A stretch of 64,000 nucleotides of DNA from Epiperipatus broadwayi (GCA_028023455.1 JAQFVV010000003.1:15810001-15874000), one strand, 5' to 3'. Numbered from the stretch's first letter, positions 25,650-39,454 are shown. The notes: generated from the letters alone by a model not told the origin. Translations and numbers: made by a program.

Positions 25650-26360
25650 GAGTACACTTTTGATCCAGAGAACTATAGTCATAGCTGTATTACTTCATTT
25701 GTTTGTTACTTTTATTTTTTAATTAAGAGTATAAAACCAAGTCTTAATAGAGATTTTGGGGTAAGAACAATAATTTTATAAACAATTGTTAATAATAATT
25801 AAAATTTGAAAAGGTTAAAAGAAAAAAGTTAAAGAAAATGACAATAGAGGGAGTATTAAATAAATACAAATTTTGAATTTTTTTTGTTAGTTGGGTTTTG
25901 GTAATAGAATCAACAAGAAGTAATTTTTTTGTAATAAAAAAATAATCTGTAATGTGGGTAAAGTTAATTGATAGAAATATTTAATAAAAATAACACAAGA
26001 TTAGAAGTTGATTTTATAATATAAGAAAAATGATAATAATATGCAGTAAATTGTAATATAAATGTTAAAGTTATAATTATTATATTAAATAATATTTAAA
26101 AAATAAAATAAAGTGATATAAAATAAATTAATATAAAATATTGATAAAATTATTTAGAAGATAAGGTAATAAAATGGGAAATATTTATAAACATCATATT
26201 AAAATTATAATTATTTTTGTTTATATTGTGTATAATTATGTATATCAATATGTGGATAAGTGTAATAATTGTATAATTATATATTTGAATATTGTAGCTC
26301 TGATGATGACTTCAGGACAGTCGAAACTGTTAGTGTAATACAAATAATACAAATAAAAGT
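25650..26360 (+). mobile_element. Decayed 3' end of a second PLE family
   Basis: IKSIKPSLNRDFG (PLE endonuclease C-terminal P.LNRD.G motif) at 25722-25760, then an AT-rich tract and an HHR motif. Confidence 0.55.
26296..26334 (+). ncRNA. Minimal hammerhead-like motif
   Basis: GCT-CTGATGA-T-GACT TCAGGAC AGTC-GAAA-C T GTT-AGT. Confidence 0.55.
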
Positions 26361-27189
26361 ATTGATAAAGTGTCTAAGAAAATGTAAATGGTATGATATG
26401 TTATAATAGAAATCAATACATAGTAAAAGAAGAAATAGAAAATTATATTACTTTTACAGTGGTTGCTTATTATTCTAAACATGGAAATTGGCTAATTTAA
26501 TTTTACATCAATTGCATAGTTATTTGCTATTAGCTTTTTTGTTTATCATATTGTTATATGCACATATTAATTCTTCTTTATTTTTCTCTTTCTGGTGTCT
26601 GCATTCTAAGAACACAAAATGTTAAACTAGTATGCTAGAACACATGATAGAAAGAGGAAAATAAAGGAAGTTTAGTACACCACAAATAACAGCCATGTGA
26701 TAAACAAAAAAAACTAAATGGATCCAATTACTCAAAAGTGGAATACATAAAATAGCTCATTTACATATTTAAAATAATAAACAGATACTGTAATAGCAGT
26801 AAACTGAATAAAATAATACTGCTATAACTATCATTTGTTTGACATTTTCGCAAAATAAACAACAGAATACAAATGAAAGAAGAATGGCAACACATTTCAT
26901 TAAAAATACTAATATATCTATGCAAATTTATAATATATTATGTAGTGTGATAATAATTGAACCTCATTAAGCTAATTAGTATATGTTTGGTTTTTATGTA
27001 CAATTTATTAAGCACATTCAGATGTTTGTCATATCTCTAGAAAATATATAGACATATATTTGTAGCAATGTTCATTAACCAAACTACAAGACTTGTAACC
27101 AAAAAATAAATAGTTTGATATTCAAACAAAAATTCAATAACTACATCAAAACTATAGATATATATAATCTAATTTTTTTCTGGAAATAT

Positions 27190-27593
27190 AACATCAGTCC
27201 CAATAGTTTTTAATAAATGTGTTTACCAGTTCTTACTTATGGATATGAAACTTCTACCCTTAACAGAAGAGCAATACACCTCAAAAAACTGTAAAGAAAT
27301 GTATGTTAGTAGTAACAAGAAGAGATTGAAAACAAAAAACATGGGTAAGACAATAAACAGGTGTTACTGACATCATTGAAAGAATTAAAAGACATGAGTC
27401 CAGTTGGGCTCAACATATTTTTAAAAGAGATAAAAGATTTAAAAGACCTACAAAAAGATCACATGTGAGATGGATGGATAAAATAAGAAAGTGCATGGGG
27501 GTTATGTGGAGAAGAGAGGCCAGAAATCAGAAAAAATGAATTTATCTAGAAGTGACCTTCATTCCACAGTGGACTGCTAATGATTGACAATAA

Positions 27594-27625
<32 letters not shown>
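27190..27625 (+). mobile_element. RTE-clade LINE 3' fragment with (TGA)n tail
   Basis: Frameshifted VFNKCV/LPVLTYGYET, WVRQ*TGVTDIIERIK..WAQHI and RWMDKIRK match RTE RT C-terminal motifs; ends in (TGA)~10 at 27595-27625. Confidence 0.8.
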
Positions 27626-27811
27626 ACAATAAAATACATATAGTGCTGAGATAATTATCAGATTATTTTTTGCATTGGTTTAAGAGGTTATTTCCTTTTT
27701 TTAATTACATTCTTGATTAATGTACTTGATTAGGTTTTTTTAAACATGTATTTCTACATATCTTAGATATATTTTATATATATAAACATCTCTCTCTCTC
27801 TGTATATATAC

Positions 27812-28203
27812 AATGTTTTGAAATTAACTCATTGCGACTTTTTATATATAATTAAAATGCCCTCTAGCGTCAGAACATAATAATGCATTTTAAAGACAAA
27901 AGATATTTTTAAAATGTATTATATAGGGCATTTTAATTATATACAAAAAATTTGCAATAAGTTAATCACAAAACATTACATATAAATATTTAGCACTGTG
28001 AATTCTTTATATATATATATATATATACAAAAAACTCTGGAATAGTCACTACAATATTCAAAATCTCGGTATATAATATAAAATAATATTGGTATTTTGA
28101 ATAGTGTAGTGTGTATTTAGGATATTTTGTTCTTATATATAATAAATAAGAATTCACAGTGCTAAAATTTTTAAGTAATGTTTTGAGATTAAATTATTGC
28201 AAA
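27812..28203. repeat. Overlapping inverted repeats (X'-X-X' foldback)
   Basis: 27812-27863 pairs with 27925-27977; 27951-28008 pairs with 28147-28203; there is an inner IR around 28050-28110. Confidence 0.75.
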
Positions 28204-28230
28204 CAATATTCAAAATGCTAATATATAATA

Positions 28231-28300
28231 TAAATGATTTCCAATAGATATACTTTATACTGAACCAGCACTCATCAATTGGTCCAGATTATCATCTCCC

Positions 28301-28345
<45 letters not shown>

Positions 28346-28689
28346 CAGTGCTCATTTAGATTAATATAGCAAATCTTCAAACTTTAATTGGCGGGCTTCA
28401 TTCTTCTTCACCCTCCAACTCTTTAGTCATCCATAGCATTGGAAATCCTATGATTGAATTCTCAAAGCCCTTGTTGATTGATGTCAATATTATTGTTATA
28501 TCCATGTTGGCTCCAAGTCACTCTGATCCTCACATAAAAGATCTTTATATATCCATTTAAATATATAGAAGACGGAGGAGGTGTATTAATGTAAATGAGC
28601 ACTGATTGTATATATGTGTGAGAGATGATGATCTGGCCCAAGTGATATGTGCTGCTTCAACATGAAAAACGTATATTGAAGATCATTTA
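28231..28689. mobile_element. MITE/foldback-like element with long imperfect terminal inverted repeats
   Basis: TAAATGATTTCCAATA..GAACCAGCAC..CCAGATTATCATCTC..(TA)n..ATCAGTGCTCATTTA is mirrored by TAAATGAGCACTGAT..GAGATGATGATCTGG..GTGCTGCTTC..TATTGAAGATCATTTA. Confidence 0.65.
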
Positions 28690-29043
28690 CTTTTTTCACA
28701 TGAATGTGGTCATGTGTTCCGTTTGTATAAGATACAGTGGATAGATATAGAGAGCTTAAACGTTTGAGTTTAAATCCCATCTAATTTCTTTCAGTGCAGT
28801 ATAAAAATATACTTCGAATTAAATATTATATATATTATTAAAGAAAAAAAAGGATTTTCACCTTTAATATATGTGTTGTACTGATCATAGTTATAAATTT
28901 ATTGTAGTTAATATATAAACTTTATCGTAAAACTTAAAAAAAAAAAAAAAAAACATTGTTTTAAAAATATATAATACCTTTATTGCTTATAATAAAACTT
29001 TATGGTAAATGTTTATAATATCATCTCATTCACAAAACGTCAA

Positions 29044-29116
29044 GCGTTGGTGGCCGAGTGGTTAGCACAGATGCCTTACAAGCAGTTGTCCCGGGGTACG
29101 CTTCCCTGCCGACGTT
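29044..29116 (+). tRNA. tRNA-Val(TAC)-like pseudogene or SINE head
   Basis: Acceptor stem GCGTTGG/CCGACGT, A-box TGGCCGAGTGG, anticodon loop CT-TAC-AA, degenerate B-box (GGTACGCTTCC), trailing TTTT. One anticodon-stem mismatch and no TTC in the T-loop. Confidence 0.6.
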
Positions 29117-32100
29117 TTGACACACAAAAAAACATTGATCATAAAGATGTGATATATATATATATATTATAAAAAGGTTAAATATAATTATATTATTTGA
29201 ATAAAATGAACATAACGGATTTAATTTAGTTTATATCCTGTTTAAAAATATATTCTAAATTGTAAAAGCTAAATTGACCAGATTTATTGACAAAGTTATC
29301 AATTCGCAGCAGGCCATTGTATGAGTAAAGTATTTGAGTGAAAAATGCTTTCATGTCGTGATAAAAGTAATGATAATTAAGAAATAAGAAAATTTATATT
29401 TTGCAAATTATTTATTTTAAAACTTATTAGTCATAATAAAATGTATTTCTTAAAAAGTAAATGTAATGGAAAAAAAAAGTTTAATGGGAGTTGCCATCAT
29501 CGTTATAAAATTACTGCTATGAAACAACATGTGATTATAAATATTAAATTCATTTTATTATATATGTATATATCATTCGCAATATAATTTAATAATAATA
29601 GAAAACGACTGTTAGAAAAAAAATATATAGTAGTTAATAATTTACATTGGTTTGTAATATTAAAATTGCTCTCATGCTGTTGAAATTAATATTTAATTGC
29701 AAATTGAATATTTAAAAATATATAACTGTTTAAGAACATATGTATACATATATTTATATGAATAAAATAAATGTCAAAGTATATATGCAATTAATAAAGT
29801 CTCAATTATATAGCTGCCTTATACCCAAGATGTTAACTTTTTTTAATGTTTTGCTAAAAAAAATAATAAAGAAAATAATCAACACTTGAGTAACGATTCC
29901 ATTACTAATAAGTATTTTGTCATTTTTTCCAAATATGGCCATAAATTTCAATATACAAAAGATGAATCAATTTTATAGACTTTTTAAAAAAAAATTTTTA
30001 TTTTTTATGAATCATTTTTTCAATTCCGTATATTTATCAAGATTTAAAAAGGAAAAAAAATGATGTGAATTTAGTCTATCTTTTTATATATTAAAAATAA
30101 TCACATTCCATACAGGATTATGGGGATTTAAACTTCCCAAAAGCGCTCAGTTGATTAATTAAGATTATTAATTACTACAGTATATAGCTTTATTATATAT
30201 GCTTAAAGCACAATTACAGAATTATTAATTTTAATGAATATGTAGTCTATATTTATAAATTTATTTCCATAATTAATATAATTTATATTAATTATGGAAA
30301 TAGTGATACAGTATTTTGAATTATAATGTGAAAAATAATTTTAAGATACAAAAAAATATATAAATCATTATATAATCATTTCTTTTTATAATAGTATATT
30401 TACTTTAAATTAAACATGTATATGTAAACAAGGGGAGTAAATCACCCTACCCCAATCTATGACTTATAATCATTCTAACTGTTGAGCAAAGGATCAAGAA
30501 GAGAATGAATCCATCTATTCTTGGTAGCTCTGATGTTTATAAGTATACATTTGTTAACATTATTGATAATTCATGTTGAAATTAATTTATCAACCAATAA
30601 GAATATGAGACTTAAGAGTTATTAAACTTATAATTAATTATAAAAGACAGGAGACAGCATCTGACTTTTACATTTTTTTAACCAAACAGTTTATCTTTTC
30701 AATTAATGAATAGCTGCAATTCCCTTAAAATATAATTTATAAATGTTTTTATTATCTAATATTTTTATACATATTTATTGAAAAAAATATTATATAAAAA
30801 ACAAGATATTTATTATTGTTTTAGATAACATGTTTAAAAAATTGGTTGTTTTATTTTTAGAATACCTTATTAAAGCTAAAGTTTTTCTTTTAAAAAAATG
30901 ATTCTGGATTTTATTATTAAAATGAAAATATTTTTATTACATTTTTTGCAGTAGTAATTAATATATTAACTTGATGACAATTGTTTAAGCTGAATATTAC
31001 ATCATTATTAATTTTAAATAGTAAATTGTTTTAATGCAAATGTACTTGTGATTTTAAACAAAGATATTATAAACAACAATATTTTTGTGTGTAATAAAAC
31101 ACTGTGTACATTTTTTTTGCTTTGTTTTTTTTTTTTTTTTGGTATATAATAATACTTTTCAAAGATAATCCATCACTTGAAAACTTCATAGAATAAAGGC
31201 ATTAGTATGTTTCATTTTTCTCAGTAGTCCTTCAAAATGCTATTCCATACAGGGGTTGGCAATGTATAAGACTTCCGTAATAATATTCCTTACAACAAGT
31301 AGTTAATATTGATGAATAATTAGTATAATTTGAATATTATAATAAAGAACTTTTTTGTAATTTATTAAAAAGTACTAAAATAGTCACTATATACAAAAAA
31401 ATAAAATAAAATAAAAAGTGAATGAAATACTAAATTCATTATAGAGTTAAGCTTGAGGTACATAAATTTGTAGTTTAGATATTGCACCGCTAATGATAGT
31501 GTTCCATGAAAAATTGTTAGTTACAATTATTAAAAGTAAAAATTTTTATAAATAATGCAAATGTTTTAAAATTAATTAATACATAATAAAACTATTGCAG
31601 AATAATTTGTCTTTAAATAACTGAATTAAAATATTTCATTTGAAAAAAAAAATCTATAAAAGTCTGAAGATGGAAAGGGAGAGAAAGTTTAATTTATAAA
31701 AGTTAAAGTTATGACAGTTAAACAATGAATCTTTCACATAAAATTAAAAATAAATCTTTTCATTTAATTTAAAGAAAAAAAGAATCTCTTCCCATTTATT
31801 TAAAATAATGAGTTGAGTTTTTACAATCAGTCTATCACGTATCCAGAATCAGTATTTTTTATGACAATGCAGTGTTAGCAGGCTCGGAAGCATATGGCAA
31901 GACTCCAGACATAGTCTGATGGAACATCAGCAACCTGCCCAATAAAAGTGATGCCTGCCTAATAACTTGAAACAGCCAGAGACATCTAACTATCTTGAAT
32001 AAGAGAATTATGAGTAGCAATCATAGGAACATCCACAAAAACTTCAAATCCAACCAGTTGGAAAAACTCACGTGATACATCAAACAGCAAGAATCCAACA

Positions 32101-33542
32101 TCCAAAATCCTATAGGTAATAAAAACATTTTCTTATTCCATTTCTGATATTGATGTAGCCATTGCAATAATTTGAAGCCTCCAGAGTCAGTAAAGCAAAT
32201 GAATTCTATAGCATGCATAAAATAAACTATTGATGTGTGTGTTTTTAAATGCTGTGTATTTATTTAATGCTTTATGACATCTTTATATTAATTTCATGTA
32301 TTTATTTAATGCTTTGTGATATCTTATATTTATTGTATGAATTAAGAGTGTGTGTGGGGGTCATTATATAAAATACCATTGTAAGATTAATTAAGAAGTT
32401 ATAAAAGTAGTTTAATATTAAAATAGTAATCATTTAGTTGAAATAAATTGTCTTTAAAACTTAATATTTTGTCGGCCAATTCTTTTACCACCAGTTAAAG
32501 CAGTAATCTATTATATTATTCTTTTGACTGAGCTAGTTGGGATTTCTTATGCACTGAATTAGTTTGCCATCATCCAGAGCACATTAGTTCTTGTAGCTAA
32601 CTGGCACCTGGAGTTTATTTTGAAACAAAAAGGTGCTTTTTAATCATAGGTATTGTCTTCTGCAGCCAAAAAGATCGATGTCCTTCAAATATGGTCACAG
32701 TTATATATATTTATATATAGCTCTGGCTTGGGCATGGATTCCCTCTGGGTATTATACTTATCTGCCTAAGGGACCATGGTAATGCAATAATTAAATTGCA
32801 TTGGTGTAGATTGAATGTATAATTTTATAATGATAAATAATTGTATTGTATATTGTATGTATAAAAGTAAGTCTTACAATATTGTTTCACAAGTTCATAT
32901 TTCATAATTGCTATTTTATTAAAGAGTAAAAGGTCATGCTAGATTGAGTTCCCCAAGTGATCTGCCACACCACATGGTTCAATATATACTGTCAAAATTG
33001 TTACTTTTAGCATTTGTGTATTCTTATTATTATTAAAACATATAATAAATTAATTTAAATTCTGTTATCTTACAATAAAAATTCAAAGTATTGTTTTACC
33101 CCATTTTCAATCTTCTCTTTCCTTCATGCTTACTACATTCTCATCCTAAGCATAAATTTTAAATTTATTAATTTGAAACAAACATGAAGATATAATACAT
33201 ATTAATAAATAAAATCATTTAATAACTAATTTAATATTAAACTTAAAAACTAACATAATGTTGGCAATTGTTTAAAATCATACCCAAAAAATTAAATTAT
33301 TGTTTATTTTTTCATTTTTCTTCTTCCTTGCAATTCCTTCTCATATACTTCAGTATGATATTCAAACCTTCCTTGCAAACAATTGCTTTAAACTATTATG
33401 TTTATTAGCGGTTCTAAGGATCTTCTACACAACATTTTAAAAATACTTTCCAACAATAATAAACTAAAATCTTTCACTGTGAGATGCTTGTTAAGACGAT
33501 TTTTTATATTTAAATGCTAAATTTTTTTCTCATGCTACATAT

Positions 33543-33815
33543 TATGGTGAAACAAAGGCTACAATCAACACTAGACTGGCTCAACATATTTACACATATA
33601 ATAGAGCTCAGAGGAACAGCAACACAACCTCTGTATTTTTTGAGCATGCTAAACAATCTGGACATAGCTTCACACCTGCCAATCCCATAATATTGTGCTC
33701 AGAATCAAATGATCACAAAAGAAAAATAAAGGAGGCATTTTACATTAATGGAAACATCCATGCTATTAATAGGAAAGACACTTGCTTTGAAATCTCAAAG
33801 AAATGGACTATATAA
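33543..33815 (+). pseudogene. GIY-YIG endonuclease fragment of a third PLE family
   Basis: Open 90-codon frame without ATG: YGETKATINTRLAQH..SVFFEHAKQSGHSF..IILCSE..KRKIKEAFYI..INRKD..W*. Confidence 0.75.
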
Positions 33816-35374
33816 TACTAGCTTATTTGAATATTTGCATATAATTTACTATACATTTTATAAAGGCTATGAATATGAGGCATAGATCCTTGAAAATGTT
33901 TAGCTGATAAATTTTAATATTAATTTATATCTTCTTTATTAACAATTATAAATAAGTGTTTTTGTTAATGAATTTGGTAATTAAACAACCAAGTCAAACA
34001 TATATTTAAATGTTAATTATTTAAAGTATTGATTGATAAATTATTTTCATTTAAATTGTTTGTTTCATTCCTATGTTTTATATAAGAATTTCTTTTTCTT
34101 ATAAATAAACATAAATAAGTTTCATAAAATTAAGTCTCTCATAATATAATTTTTAATTTATTTAACAGACTTAAGCTTATTATCTCTTCTTCATGAATTC
34201 TCGTACATTTCATGTTTCTTACTTTAATAAAATCTTATAATGGCTAAATAGAAGACTTAACTTGACTATATACTTTTATTTATCAATTAAGAATAAACAT
34301 TTATTATCTTATTTGTTTGATTAAAATTAGTGTTGCTTTATAAAATATTACAAATGTCCATCCCTAAATAATAATATATTTTTATTTAAACTATATAAGT
34401 TACTTTGATTGATAGCACTTATTTTCTACAACTTTTCATCTCAATCATATATTTAAGTTCTATACCTTTTTTTCCTTAATTCATAAAAGTTAAATATTCT
34501 TGTTTTGATTTGGTTCCTTTTATTAGTCAAATGATTGCTTAAGTTATACAATAAAGTAAAGATAAAATGAAAATATTTTCTTACATAAATGATTGTCCAC
34601 TTTTTACTTATTTATAACACAGTATTTTTATCCTGCATCCTTTTCCCATTTATAAAAGCAATATATACTGGCAACTCTAAATATCCTTTCCCAGATTATA
34701 ACTTGTGCCACTGACAAATAAACTTCTTTAAATTACTCTACCATTTTGTTAAACTTCTTTTAAATATTTTATATTCATTCCATTAAGAGCAATTGACTTA
34801 TATAACTATTGTATAAAATAAAAAATTTTTTATAGTTTGATGAATATTAAGAACATTTTATACAATGGTTTAATTTTCTTATCCATTTTTTCCCATTGTC
34901 TGTCAATTCTATAAATATTATTCAAATACGATGTGGAAACTAATTGCTTAACTCTCATTGGTCAATAACTTTAAAGTTGTCTCTTAATTATTTAATATCT
35001 AACTTCTATTAAAATGTATCACACACACAAAAAAATAGATATTTTGAAACTGATTAAATTTAAATAACATTTTAATTGAAACTTAAAATAATTTATTTAC
35101 TTAGCTTAATAAAAATATTTTAACAAATATGTTAAAATCAATGATATTTTATTGTCATAATTATTTTTAAAATATATTATTATTAAAATTGCATACTAAT
35201 ATATAAAATAAAACCAATTAAAAATTAAAAAAGTGTATTTATTATCTTTTTTAAATTCTCTATTAAAAGTTATATATTAAATTATTAGTGTCAGTTAAAT
35301 TTTTAAAATTTAAAACTTTGGAGTATTAGATACATTTTATATACTCCCTTATTACAGTGAACCAATTAAAAGGT

Positions 35375-35377
<3 letters not shown>

Positions 35378-35465
<88 letters not shown>
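35378..35465. repeat. (TA)n microsatellite, ~44 units
   Basis: Seen directly. Confidence 0.97.
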
Positions 35466-35468
<3 letters not shown>

Positions 35469-37589
35469 GAGAGTACCACATGAGCCTCATCTAAAACAAT
35501 TTGTTTCTTGGTGATGTGCCTATATCGAATCAATAGATATAAATAACATACACCTATCTTAAGCTTTTCATATATCAGCTATATATATAGACTAGTTAGT
35601 ATTAAAAGAATAATTCTAAAAATGAATAATTCTAGTTTATTTATACACACACATAAATAAAATGTTTCTAACTAATAGTATTTTGTTTGTTAATATAAAA
35701 CTTGACATTTGACAAAGCCTTAAGTCAACATTGCATTTTTATCAGTTGAAGCAAAGGAAATAAACATTTAAGGTTCATTACAAATGGCATATTTTAAACA
35801 ATAGAGAGTGTGGGCATAAAAATTGATCCAAGTATAAAAACAAACTAATATTGTTATAACAATAATCTTCTATTTAGTTATTAAGGCAAGAACTACGTCT
35901 GTAAATTTAAATGTGTTCGAATTTAGAACACATTTAAGAAAAAAAGAAGATTCACTATTTTTAAAACTGTCTTCAAGTAATTAATTTACTGCCTTTTAAT
36001 TTTATGAAGAACTAAAAAAATAATCATTGAAATTGACAAAGTTATAAAAGTTATCAACGTCTTTGAAATGAGCTTTCAAAATATATATTTAAGAAGACAA
36101 AAATTTATAAAGATGTTCTTTGGCTAGACAATTTATGCCAAGGATTTCTGCTGATGTTTTAAACCTTAACATGTAAATTTATTCCTACTTAATGCTAAAG
36201 TATAATCATCGTAATTTCCACTAAAAAAGTTGCCTTAATAATGGAGTATTATATCGAAGAAGAGTTTAAATATTTTACTATGCAAATATTTAAAGGAATG
36301 AATATTTGGATTACCTCTTTGAAGGATGATCAAGGAACTTTACCTTTCAACATTCATCATCATTTTATTTCATCTAAGGAGGGATATACAACCATTATTC
36401 TTTCTCATCTTGGATTACTTCATTGTGTACTTTAAAAACTCTTAAACTTTATTTCCTCTGCAGATAATTATATTTACGTGGGAAAATTACTTTGTATATT
36501 AAATTGGGAGAAGTGATAAGATGAACGTTTTATTTTTATTTATTTAATAAAATTTAGGTGTTGATATTTTGCTATATTGCTCAGATGAAAGTGACAGCTG
36601 ACTAAGGTAAACATTTGTAAATTATTTCAATTTGGAAGTAAATTTTATTATATTCCAAATTGAATCTACCTGACAATTATCATAATTTCTTTTTAAACAT
36701 ACATAATTAATATCAGGATACATTCTATTATTAATCTAGTGTGAATGGATGTTATCTTATATAGACATACAACACACATTGAATCATTTTAATGACACAA
36801 TACCTAGATTTATAATGTATGGTAGTATTATTTATTGTATACGTGACTTTAAATTATATATATGTAAATAATTACATTATGTTTTTTTCTGAATGTTAAA
36901 TAGTCTATTTTATATATATATATAAACACAGATTATAATTCTAAATTTTAATATTTTATTATTGATGTGATAATATTTTTGTTTCAATTACGGATTAAAA
37001 TGTGTTAAACTTGGTTTTAAAATTAAACAGGTCTCGTTTGTTTATTTTATTTAGTGGTTTTATAAAACCAATAATTATAAATATACATACTCACACATAT
37101 ATATATTGAATTCAATATTTATAAAAAAAGTTATATATAGCTTATACTAAATTTATCAGTACTATGGGATATTTGTGGAAATGCCTGAAGAGAGTCAATT
37201 GTGATTTCTACTCTGAGCTCGAATTCTGAGAGTAACGAGGTCATTAATAGAGGAGTGGATTGGATTATATTTTAAATCACATCATCCATGGCATTCTATA
37301 AGAAGACTCAAAGTCCGACTATAGTTAGATGCAACTTCCTTGTGACCTGAGAAGGATCGTCCCGTTATAATATATATATATATTCCACATTACCAATGAA
37401 ATAATAAATAAAAACAAATTATTGTTTATTTTATATGCATGCAAACTATAAGTCAATATATATATATATATATAACAAAAATGAAACAGAATTAGTTTGT
37501 CATTAAATACATATGTTAACCTTTTAAATGTATGTAAGGTTAATACATATTAAACAGAATAATAATAAAAAATGACAAATATAAAATTT

Positions 37590-37686
37590 ACCAGTAACTC
37601 AGATGTGCACATATATATATATATATATATATGTGCTATATATATACCAGTAACTCAGATGTGCACATATATATATATATATATAT
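37590..37686. repeat. 56-bp tandem duplication around (TA)n
   Basis: ACCAGTAACTCAGATGTGCAC(AT)n occurs at 37590 and 37646; the first copy ends in a GCACATA..TATGTGC hairpin. Confidence 0.9.
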
Positions 37687-38426
37687 GGATTGTGCTTTAT
37701 AAGGATGGCAAATTATGAGACCATTTTTTTCTTGATGTCTGTTACAGTATACATCATGTACATCTATATACATATTTCCATTTAGGTAGGTCTTTATTTC
37801 TTGTAACAAAGGTAGACAGTTATCAGGCAAGATTGTTTTGTCTTCTGCTGGCCTTCATCCCTAAGACACCCTCTGAGGATGGACAGAGGAGGGTGGAGGA
37901 AAACTTTTCTATTCAGGCATGGCTTTTATAGACATTTATGTATCAGTCCAGACATTGCAACAAGAAGATTATGATTAATTTAACAAAGAAAAACTTTAGT
38001 ATTTATACCTTTTAACTTTTTTTTACATTAATTAATTAATTGAAGTTTACCAATGCTTTCGTTGTTTACAAGCTCTTAAAAGCCTCATCTATTTCACTCT
38101 ATTATTTAGGTGACAACACACAATTTTATATCAATCACCTCATTATTTCTTAATGGATCTTAAGATAAATTTTTATTAATCTATTTTTTGCATTAGCTAA
38201 TTTCTTTATTTGCTGTTACAATCATTTTTTTTTACATATGTTTATAAAATAATTTATTTTACTTTAAACTGTTTCCTATAATTTCTAAAGTATATACATT
38301 TAAATTTCCTTTATAATTTACAATATATTTTGATATTATATACATACATCTATCATTGATCATTTATTTTAATATTCATTCTTTGTGGTTGGTTTTATGA
38401 TCTGTGGTTAAATAAACAGTGAATAA

Positions 38427-38428
<2 letters not shown>

Positions 38429-38494
<66 letters not shown>
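38429..38494. repeat. Compound (CA)n(TA)n microsatellite
   Basis: Seen directly. Confidence 0.97.
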
Positions 38495-38497
<3 letters not shown>

Positions 38498-39410
38498 CTT
38501 CAAGATATATGCTATGTAATGTTCAATAAGGCAGTATTAATAAATAATTTTGTATTTATAGTATGTATTACATGTTTATTAAATCTATTTATCTTTCAAA
38601 AGGTTTATTCACAATCCATAAGAATCATTTACAAGAAAAGGACCTTTACATATCAATCTCAATGGAAACTGGTTAACAAAATCAAAAAATACACTTGTAG
38701 ACATAGATTAACCACTTAGTTTTATAACACTATTTCCCAATCCAGCAAATCATAGTTATGGTCCATTTACATTAATCTGATCATATACATCACATATATG
38801 ACAATGTTAGTCAATTTAAACACATACAATAAGTTTGCTTAATTTACAAACATGTAGATAATGATTAAACACATATTTATCCATTTAATCTGTAGAGCTC
38901 TAACTTACAATTGAAGAGCACTTCTAATGTTCCTGTGTGTATTAATTTAACATTAAAATTTTGAGTGGGAGATGTCATTTTGAATCATATATTGAAGGCC
39001 ATTCATTTAAATTCAGACATCATTATTTAGATTCATCCATGTATCAATGCTAATAGGTGTAGCTAATTTTTTAAATCTTCATAAATAAAAATCATATAAC
39101 AAAAAGTTGTAATTCAAATTCCATTTTAGTAATTAACTTTGCAAAAATGGTTCACTGAACACTGTCTCCTGAAATATATAAATGAAAGCTGTCAGAAGTT
39201 ATTGTTTTTTTTATATCATATCATATCATATCATCCAACTTGGGGTTATTTTGGCCTTAATATATAATCTTATTTTTCTTAATAATCATTTATTAAATTA
39301 AATAGAAGGAAACGATATACTTGGATATATAGTATAAATGATTAAAAGCCCCTTTAGTAACCAAGATCTATATAATAAATAAAATAGATTAAAAAGTTTG
39401 ACTTGGTACA

Positions 39411-39454
<44 letters not shown>

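Noticed and set aside
31880-32150. GC-richer island as a PLE RT remnant
   Set aside because: Only a vague NIQ..F resemblance with many stops; not supportable without a profile search.
3077-33815. Unistrand piRNA-cluster-like orientation bias
   Set aside because: The Gypsy elements are minus, but the PLE and RTE fragments are mostly plus, so there is no consistent bias.
37867-37900. CACCCT-CTGAGGA-TGG.. as a hammerhead
   Set aside because: There is no properly placed stem II/GAAA/NUH; it is only a simple hairpin.
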